Assembly: GCA_043754515.1 (NCBI GenBank)
Contig: JAYUUO010000061.1
Coordinates: forward strand, 1-52,186
Length of the DNA stretch: 52,186 bases
Source: Armatimonadota bacterium
GTDB lineage: Bacteria > Armatimonadota > Armatimonadia > Armatimonadales > Armatimonadaceae
Reading direction: 5' to 3'
Shown in pieces: positions 1 to 7,733 of the stretch. The position numbers and the translations under genes were made by a program. The notes below the pieces were generated by a model. That model was not told the origin of the DNA. It searched no databases and saw nothing but the letters and a program-made list of their open reading frames with translations. Positions within the stretch are counted from its first letter, which is position 1, and every line of letters starts with the position of its first letter.

Positions 1-190
1 GTTTATGTTCACACAGATCAGCGCGGTCAACGGAGGGATGGAAATAACGGTCCGAGAATGCCGTGCTACTCAAACGCCTGATCCCCGATGGCGCGTCAAT
101 AGGGAAGTTTTCCGCGCGGTCAGGCACGCGTCTGTACAAGAGTTCGACATCGGCAACGGTATCGCGAGGCACGGGATCAGGAGAAGTCAC
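1..190 (-). CDS. Hypothetical protein, 5' part only (runs off the window); ELLYRR...SSTAF.D...SVDR pattern, possibly RES/ADP-ribosyltransferase-like toxin
   Basis: Not in the ORF track. Manual translation from GTG at 190: MTSPDPVPRDTVADVELLYRRVPDRAENFPIDAPSGIRRLSSTAFSDRYFHPSVDRADLCEHK, open to the window edge. Fold assignment is inference. Confidence 0.55.
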   Translation of the reverse strand, partial: MTSPDPVPRDTVADVELLYRRVPDRAENFPIDAPSGIRRLSSTAFSDRYFHPSVDRADLCEHK

Positions 191-220
191 GTTTATGGTA
201 TGTATTGTCGCGGCCTTTCC

Positions 221-583
221 TCAGATCCCTTGTAGCCAACGCATCAGTTGCAACCCTTCGACACCGGTGTTTGCCGTGCTATTGGTCATGTCGTTCTCGA
301 TGTCCGCGCCCCAGATACGGATGTATTCGACGTCGCCATCGGGAGCGATGTATACGGTGATCTTGCGTTCCCCTCTCCACCACTCCAGAACGACCTCCCC
401 CTGTGCGCTCGCCGATACGTGCGGCGTAGGTAAGGAGACACCATCGCTCGCCGCCGTCTTGAATAATTTCATCTCCCATCGGATCGCCCGCGTAATGGCA
501 TCGAGCATGGGCTTCGCGAAGCCTTCGCCGTTCCATCCCTCGGGGAGTTCACTCAGCGCGATCAGGCATCTGTATAATTTCGT
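221..583 (-). pseudogene. Conserved hypothetical protein, probably 5'-truncated (LSELPEGWNGEG..P / PHVSASAQGEVVLEWW motifs)
   Basis: Track ORF 221..508 continues in frame upstream to a TGA at 584-586 through protein-like TKLYRCLIALSELPEGWNGEGFAKP, with no ATG, GTG or TTG in that extension. Confidence 0.55.
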
Positions 584-627
584 TCAAGTACTTACTATTG
601 CACATGCCCAGTTGCAACATTTACCAG

Positions 628-3600
628 GTTTCCATCCCACACTGGTTCGATTAGAGGAGGCGACATCGAGTGGTATTTTCGGCTCTAGAAACTCGTTTCC
701 ATCCCACACTGGTTCGATTAGAGGCCTTATACAGGATCGCTGTTCTAGTCTCCCATGCGGCGTTTCCATCCCACACTGGTTCGATTAGAGGACGCAGATG
801 CGGTGCAGTCTACTGTAATAGTGGTCGTGTTTCCATCCCACACTGGTTCGATTAGAGGGTGTTTGTCCGACCGCGTTCTTTTACACTGTGCTGGGGTTTC
901 CATCCCACACTGGTTCGATTAGAGGCGCTCGCCCAGTCGGATGGATCGGTTTCGCCCGCGACGGTGCGTTTCCATCCCACACTGGTTCGATTAGAGGTCC
1001 CTTTGCCGTTCACGGGAAACCGTCCCGGTATGAAGTTTCCATCCCACACTGGTTCGATTAGAGGACGGGCTAGAGGGCAATGTGTGCCGCGTTCGGTGGA
1101 CAGTTTCCATCCCACACTGGTTCGATTAGAGGAGTGCGGAAATCGCGCGTATGACCACCTATTCCTACGGTTTCCATCCCACACTGGTTCGATTAGAGGA
1201 AGCGTCAAGTGAGGCAAAGTGGGGGGAATCTTTGGTGTTTCCATCCCACACTGGTTCGATTAGAGGTATGAACAAAGGGGCGGCAAACGGCTACGCGGCT
1301 CTCGGGTGTTTCCATCCCACACTGGTTCGATTAGAGGGAGGGACTGATTGATGCAGGAAATGATAATCAACATGGTTTCCATCCCACACTGGTTCGATTA
1401 GAGGTGCGAGTGTCGGCGCGGTCGTATCAGCAGGATTCGAGGGTTTCCATCCCACACTGGTTCGATTAGAGGTCTGATCCACTGCCGCATCCTTAGCCCG
1501 CGAAAGATGTTTCCATCCCACACTGGTTCGATTAGAGGATTAATAGATTTGACAGGCAATGTTATCGGTAACTACAGTTTCCATCCCACACTGGTTCGAT
1601 TAGAGGTGTCTTATGGAGCATTTCGGCACGAAGAGTCAAATAGAGTTTCCATCCCACACTGGTTCGATTAGAGGGTGACGGCTATTATTTGCGTGGGGTC
1701 GGGCTACAGTTTCCATCCCACACTGGTTCGATTAGAGGTTTATTCTCTAGTATCTGCTGGTCTCTATCGAATCGTTTCCATCCCACACTGGTTCGATTAG
1801 AGGCATGCTTTGCGCGAGTGACGCACGCTCGGAGAGCATTGTTTCCATCCCACACTGGTTCGATTAGAGGACGCGTCTGCAACGGGGCTACTGCGGTTCC
1901 TGCCGGAGTTTCCATCCCACACTGGTTCGATTAGAGGGGGTTATCCCTTTGCATCACATCACCGGCCACAAGGGTTTCCATCCCACACTGGTTCGATTAG
2001 AGGCGCGTTCTCCGTCATGATGTTGTCAATCGAGGTGACGTTTCCATCCCACACTGGTTCGATTAGAGGCTTCACGTTCGCGCTGGACGCGCTAGGCGAG
2101 ACGCGTTTCCATCCCACACTGGTTCGATTAGAGGCCTGCAACTCTTCAGCCTGTTTCCTCAGATCAAAGGTTTCCATCCCACACTGGTTCGATTAGAGGC
2201 ATGGCGAACGTGTGTACATCCCCTGGGTCAGATACCGTTTCCATCCCACACTGGTTCGATTAGAGGGCCGACCCGTTTTTACTCACCTGCGATAATGGCA
2301 CCTGTTTCCATCCCACACTGGTTCGATTAGAGGTTGGGGCGATTTCTCTGGGCCCGCCGGTTTTTGCTCCGTTTCCATCCCACACTGGTTCGATTAGAGA
2401 AGAAAACGTGCTAGAAGGGGGATTTCTGTATGGATGGTTTCCATCCCACACTGGTTCGATTAGAGTTGGGATACCCGATACCCGCGACAAGTTTTTCAAG
2501 TTCGTTTCCATCCCACACTGGTTCGATTAGAGTAGTCTGACTGTTTCGCGGATTGCAGGTTTTCCGAGGGAGTTTCCATCCCACACTGGTTCGATTAGAG
2601 GCGCCCGATATAGGCGAGGCCGGTGCGCAAGACCCAGTTTCCATCCCACACTGGTTCGATTAGAGGAAGTTCGATACCGGCTTTCAGTGCGCGAAGTGAC
2701 TGTTTCCATCCCACACTGGTTCGATTAGAGGTGTCCGAGTGCGCCCGCCTAGTCCGCGCCCGAATCTCGGTTTCCATCCCACACTGGTTCGATTAGAGGC
2801 CTTCACGTTCGCGCTGGACGCGCTAGGCGAGATGCGTTTCCATCCCACACTGGTTCGATTAGAGGCAATCTGCGCGTCCACGGGGTCGGGGCTAGCGAAA
2901 GTGTTTCCATCCCACACTGGTTCGATTAGAGGCATGGTCAGCAAAAGCGGCCTCCTCGGTTGCTTCGACGGCAGTTTCCATCCCACACTGGTTCGATTAG
3001 AGGCCCGTAATCCGGCACGTAGCCCGAATCGGGAAACCCGGGTTTCCATCCCACACTGGTTCGATTAGAGGTAACCCGGCAACCGGCGACGCAAAGATCG
3101 TCTCCACGGTTTCCATCCCACACTGGTTCGATTAGAGGGCGGGGACATGGACACCGGCACGGGCGGTGTTGGTGGTCTGATCACTGGTTTCCATCCCACA
3201 CTGGTTCGATTAGAGGTTGGCCAAGTGCTCCGAACAGTGCGTTATTCGAATCGTGTTTCCATCCCACACTGGTTCGATTAGAGGCCGTCTCCACGTACTG
3301 CATTGGGCTGTCCATACGAGGTTTCCATCCCACACTGGTTCGATTAGAGGCCTGCTTTAGTTGCTCCTGTATCTTGCTCACGGCGGTTTCCATCCCACAC
3401 TGGTTCGATTAGAGGATGGGGAAGGCACAGAAATACGTTTGGGCAATTGACCGTTTCCATCCCACACTGGTTCGATTAGAGGCGTGACTGTGAACGTGTC
3501 CAGCCTCCCGATAATTGGTTTCCATCCCACACTGGTTCGATTAGAGGCAGGGGGTACGCCCCGCCGAACTATTCCCGCGCTACGGTTTCCATCCCACACT

Positions 3601-5372
3601 GGTTCGATTAGAGGTATAGAGTCTGCGCCGAGCCGATAGCAGAGGATGCAGTTTCCATCCCACACTGGTTCGATTAGAGGCCCTATCCGGTTGCATGTCC
3701 GATAACCCGTACATATCGTTTCCATCCCACACTGGTTCGATTAGAGGTAGAGCGTCAAGGTGTGGAACGGGCGGTGAACAAGTTGTTTCCATCCCACACT
3801 GGTTCGATTAGAGGGTCCAGACGGCGAGGAAGCGACGCGCACGCAAAAGGAGGTTTCCATCCCACACTGGTTCGATTAGAGGACTGCGGGACTCGACAAG
3901 GCACGTTTTGTTTGAAGCGGTTTCCATCCCACACTGGTTCGATTAGAGGTAGTAGCCTGGAGCCATTACGTAGCGTTTGCCGCCCTTGTTTCCATCCCAC
4001 ACTGGTTCGATTAGAGGCTTGATAACAACTTGCCGCTCATCAAGGTTTGGGACGAGTTTCCATCCCACACTGGTTCGATTAGAGGGGGGCGCATAGATAT
4101 ATCCGTGATCGCCGGCGGCAGTTTCCATCCCACACTGGTTCGATTAGAGGTCGCGAACGCCGCGTGGGTGGTGAACGTCACGCGCACGCTGGGGTTTCCA
4201 TCCCACACTGGTTCGATTAGAGGGAGGTCGCGGGCGTACCTTGCAATGACGCGGCATAGTTTCCATCCCACACTGGTTCGATTAGAGGGTGTCAAGGACT
4301 GCCGACGACGACTCAAAGAACATGTTTCCATCCCACACTGGTTCGATTAGAGGGAGCATCAGGCCGATATGCCGAACGTCCGTTTTCAAAAGTTTCCATC
4401 CCACACTGGTTCGATTAGAGGCCCGATGCCAACATCACTCGCAATGTCTGTAAATCTCGTTTCCATCCCACACTGGTTCGATTAGAGGGGTGCGAGAATA
4501 CCCCCGTCCCGTGATCTGTCTGATTGTTTCCATCCCACACTGGTTCGATTAGAGGTTGCAATCCTTCACCGTTTAGGGAGAGTCCTCTGCGAAGTTTCCA
4601 TCCCACACTGGTTCGATTAGAGGTGCCCTTGTTGATGCCGGGGTGGAGGGTGTGGTCCAATGTTTCCATCCCACACTGGTTCGATTAGAGGGCGCAACGG
4701 AGGCCGGCATGCCAACCATAACGAAAAAGTTTCCATCCCACACTGGTTCGATTAGAGGGCTCATCTGGAACCTGATCCGCGACGAGCCGAAGGGGTTTCC
4801 ATCCCACACTGGTTCGATTAGAGGGCGGGGATAATGAACGACTTCCAAATATGCGAGCGGTGGTTTCCATCCCACACTGGTTCGATTAGAGGCCATGTCC
4901 GAGCGGTCGCCTGTAATGCGCCCGCCAAACGGCAGTTTCCATCCCACACTGGTTCGATTAGATGATTACCGACTAGATGAACAATATCGCAGACATAGAA
5001 TAGTTTCCATCCCACACTGGTTCGATTAGAGGGGTGGTTTCTCGGAGCTGATCGCGGGGGAAGGTACAGTGTTTCCATCCCACACTGGTTCGATTAGAGG
5101 GCGCGTCAACGCGTACCCGTCAAGCCCGGACGGAAGCGGTTTCCATCCCACACTGGTTCGATTAGAGGGCGCCTGTAATGGGTGTGCCTGGCACATGCGC
5201 TGGCGGGTTTCCATCCCACACTGGTTCGATTAGAGGCAGCAGGTGAACGTGGTCGCCCCAGCACCGGCACCACCGTTTCCATCCCACACTGGTTCGATTA
5301 GAGGCTCCATTGACTGGAACAGAGCGAGCACTTCGTTCACTAGTTTCCATCCCACACTGGTTCGATTAGAGG
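628..5372 (-). CRISPR. CRISPR array, 71 repeats and 70 spacers; 30-nt repeat GTTTCCATCCCACACTGGTTCGATTAGAGG on + (CCTCTAATCGAACCAGTGTGGGATGGAAAC as transcribed)
   Basis: Repeats counted by hand from 628 to 5343. Spacers are 34-48 nt, mostly 35-38. Minus orientation is inferred from the ATGGAAAC 3' end (I-B-like ATTGAAAC handle) and the cas2-side leader. Confidence 0.98.
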
Positions 5373-5581
5373 CCCGAATCTTGACGCCTTTGCTTCCGCG
5401 ACCGCTACCCATAGTACCTCTCTTCTCGGTGCTCTGCTCGACAGCGAGAGTTTCCGTGCATTTTGCCTCGAAATCGTCGTCGGCCTCACTCGTGGCGTTG
5501 CACTACCGGGGTCCGACGACGCCTGGCCCGCCACTTTTCGCGCGTGGGTTTGTCCCCCTCCTGGTCTGTGTCCGACCATGA
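5373..5581 (-). promoter_or_regulatory. CRISPR leader
   Basis: 209-bp gap between the cas2 stop and the first repeat. Contains a 9-bp inverted repeat (CGTCGTCGG 5475-5483 / CCGACGACG 5513-5521) and a -10-like TACTAT on the minus strand (5416-5411). Confidence 0.75.
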
Positions 5582-5845
5582 TTATAGGAAGTTCGTGATC
5601 GGGAAACGCTCGACCCCCATCACCTGGCGATCCGCGAACCGGGCCTCGCGTAGCACCCAAAACAGCACCGAGTCCTTCTCCTCGACGATGATCTTCAGGA
5701 GGCCCGCTTTGAGCCGGGCGAACCGCGCCTCAGTGATGTCGCCCTCGAACACCGAGTTCTGTATCCGCGTCAGGTACGTGCGCAGGTAATTGCACACCCT
5801 CCCGACCCGATCCTCGCCTACATCGTACACCAATATGACGTGCAA
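5582..5845 (-). CDS. cas2: CRISPR-associated endonuclease Cas2
   Basis: 87 aa; ILVYDV and RIQNSVFEG motifs; TTG start with upstream AAAGGA. Confidence 0.97.
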   Translation of the reverse strand: MHVILVYDVGEDRVGRVCNYLRTYLTRIQNSVFEGDITEARFARLKAGLLKIIVEEKDSVLFWVLREARFADRQVMGVERFPITNFL

Positions 5846-5872
5846 TTCATCGTCCTTTCCCCCGTGCCCTGA

Positions 5873-7126
5873 CTACCACCAGGCGCGGAACGCTTTGAAG
5901 GTTTCCAGACCCGTCAGGTGGCGGATCAGCTTGTAGCAATCGAGGCGGATCAGATGGCGGTACGTTACCGAACGCCCCAGCCGGCGGTGCTTGATCGTCG
6001 TGCCGAGCCGCTTCTCCATCTCGTTCAGGAACAGCTTCTTGCCGTCGTCCGTCAGGAAACAGCCATCTGTCCCCCGGTCGAAATGGCTTCGCTTCAGCTG
6101 GCCCGTGTTGAGCAGACGGAAGATCGCCCGGTCAACGATCAGCGGCTTGAATATCTCCGACAGATCCAGCGCGAGGGAGAAGCGGCGTACGCCCGGCTCG
6201 TGCAGGAACGAGATCGTCGGCGTTAGCTGCGTGCGGTACAACTCGGAGAGGCAGACGGAGTATAAGAAGCCGTTGCCGAACGAGATCAGCGAGTTGATTT
6301 CGTTGTCGGGCGGGCGGCGCACCCGGCGCGTGAACGCCCAGTCGCCGACCAGCAGGTGCCCCCACGCCGCGTAGTACCGCTCCCGGATTTTCCCCTCAAT
6401 ACCGAGCAGTGACGCGACGGTTGTTTGCCGGTCAATTGCGTCCGCTAACTTCTCAATAGTCAGACGCACGCGCCCCAGTTCCACGCCCGCGTCTGGGTCG
6501 CCGGTGTCCGAGTCGGTCGCGAAGGCGAGGGTATCCGCTCCGATGTTTACAGGCTCGCTGGGCGTGTCCGGGTCATCGGTGCCGGGCGGCGCGAACGGGT
6601 CCGTGTCGCCGTCCTCGACCGCATCGGTGAACAGCGCGGCGTCCACCGCACCCTCGACATCGGCGTCGGTCGGGATCGCCGACATGGGCACCGCGTCCGT
6701 GCCGACTTCTCCGGGCGGCTCGACGTCGGTCGTGCCTGACTTGCCGCGCCGCCGCTCGTAGTACAGGACGTTGCGCAGGAGCGAGTGCGCGGACGCCCGA
6801 ACGAACTCCTGTGCCAGCGCGACGCGTTTGGTCTCGGTTCCGTAGTGCTCGGCTTGCCGTACGAGCAGGAAGCCGCTATGCAGGTAGTCGCGCGGGTAGA
6901 AACTGCCGGAATAGAAGCCGTAGTAGTTGAAAACGTGCAGGGTGATGCGCTTCTGTGCGAGGAAGTTGAGCAGGCGCGTGTTCAGGTCAATCTCGCCGTA
7001 CAGGTACATCGTCTCAATGTTCTCGATGGGGAGCGGCGTTTTTTTGCCCTCCGCGTTCTCGATATAGACCGTGTTCTTCTCGCGCCGGACACGCCCGTTC
7101 GACAGCACATAGTAGTTTCGTGACAT
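5873..7126 (-). CDS. cas1: CRISPR-associated integrase Cas1, type I-B-like, with an 85-aa acidic insertion
   Basis: Motifs FNYYGFYSGSFYP, LLGIEG, RRPPDNEINSLISFGN, ISFLHEP, SLALDLSEIFKP, C-terminal WW. ATG at 7126 preferred over the track TTG at 7138. Confidence 0.97.
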   Translation of the reverse strand: MSRNYYVLSNGRVRREKNTVYIENAEGKKTPLPIENIETMYLYGEIDLNTRLLNFLAQKRITLHVFNYYGFYSGSFYPRDYLHSGFLLVRQAEHYGTETKRVALAQEFVRASAHSLLRNVLYYERRRGKSGTTDVEPPGEVGTDAVPMSAIPTDADVEGAVDAALFTDAVEDGDTDPFAPPGTDDPDTPSEPVNIGADTLAFATDSDTGDPDAGVELGRVRLTIEKLADAIDRQTTVASLLGIEGKIRERYYAAWGHLLVGDWAFTRRVRRPPDNEINSLISFGNGFLYSVCLSELYRTQLTPTISFLHEPGVRRFSLALDLSEIFKPLIVDRAIFRLLNTGQLKRSHFDRGTDGCFLTDDGKKLFLNEMEKRLGTTIKHRRLGRSVTYRHLIRLDCYKLIRHLTGLETFKAFRAWW

Positions 7127-7160
7127 GGTGATTTCCAATCGGGCGAATCCGGCTCTTCGG

Positions 7161-7730
7161 CTAGCCCCAGCACAGATCGTTGTAGGCGCACTTTTTACAG
7201 ATGCCCATCGGCTCCGGCACCGGGGGCGGGATCGGCGCGGCGCGGGCGTGTTCGAGTTGGATCAGCGTTTCCGCCATCTCCCGCTCATCGTCCGGGGTGA
7301 GTGTTACCGCCTCGCGACGCTTCTGCGCGGGGTAGTCAATTACGCCCTCCTTGACAACGCCTTTGACGTGCTTCAGGTAGTAGAGGTAGTAGAGAAGCTG
7401 CATACGGGTCGCGGCATAGGTGCGGCTCCCGCCCCGGCTCTTTTTGATCTCGTGGACCGCGCCGTCATCGGTGAAGTCAATGCGGAGCAGATCATCAATC
7501 AGAACCTCCTTATGCGACTTGCGGGTGTACGTTTCCTCATGGAGCAGGGTGCCGAGCGCGACGTTCTCCTGCCCGTCGGACGCCGAAGTGCCGCCCGCGT
7601 GCTCCTGATCGAGGCCGTGGGCGTACCACCAGTGCTTGCGCTGGCAGAGGATGAAGTAGAAGAGTTCAGTGCCACCGAGGCGGAGGTCGGCGGGCGACTT
7701 TTCGTCGGGGGCGGTTTCGTCGTCCAACAT
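7161..7730 (-). CDS. cas4: CRISPR-associated exonuclease Cas4
   Basis: N-terminal CQRK cysteine, RIDF..HEIKKS RecB-like motif, QLLYYL, C-terminal CKKCAYNDLC Fe-S ligands. Confidence 0.96.
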   Translation of the reverse strand: MLDDETAPDEKSPADLRLGGTELFYFILCQRKHWWYAHGLDQEHAGGTSASDGQENVALGTLLHEETYTRKSHKEVLIDDLLRIDFTDDGAVHEIKKSRGGSRTYAATRMQLLYYLYYLKHVKGVVKEGVIDYPAQKRREAVTLTPDDEREMAETLIQLEHARAAPIPPPVPEPMGICKKCAYNDLCWG

Positions 7731-7733
7731 CGG

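Noticed and set aside
34..44. GGGATGGAAAT (and TTCCATCCC at about 531) matching part of the repeat
   Set aside because: Only 9-10 nt, inside coding frames (FHPS, GWN), with no further similarity.
560..592. Possible degenerate terminal repeat (CGAA...GATG on the minus strand)
   Set aside because: Identity is too low to separate from chance.
548..627. TATAAT at 573 and an AT-rich stretch suggesting a plus-strand leader
   Set aside because: The repeat end ATGGAAAC, cas gene orientation, leader inverted repeat and fixed end of the duplicated spacer all favour the minus strand. The -35 match is poor; at most an antisense promoter.
63..788. 241-aa plus-strand ORF, and other long antisense ORFs such as 20634..21641 and 34841..35623
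   Set aside because: Shadow frames of real genes in high-GC DNA, with no recognisable motifs.
4893..5206. Two spacers sharing CGCCTGTAATG
   Set aside because: Only 11 nt with unrelated flanks; not evidence of a shared target.
628..5372. Self-targeting spacers within the window
   Set aside because: None noticed by eye. The check was not exhaustive; a BLASTn-short of all spacers is needed.
5450..5475. GTTTCCGTGC...TCGA in the leader resembling a repeat
   Set aside because: About 15/26 with a gap, and 77 nt from the last repeat, out of register with the array.
584..5660. Dozens of short ORFs with recurring PLIEPVWDGN, SNRTSVGWK or FHPTLVRLE peptides
   Set aside because: These are translations of the CRISPR repeat, not genes.
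6485..6739. Cas1 insert as an intein or mobile element
   Set aside because: No C-terminal His-Asn splice motif, no terminal repeats, and low-complexity composition.
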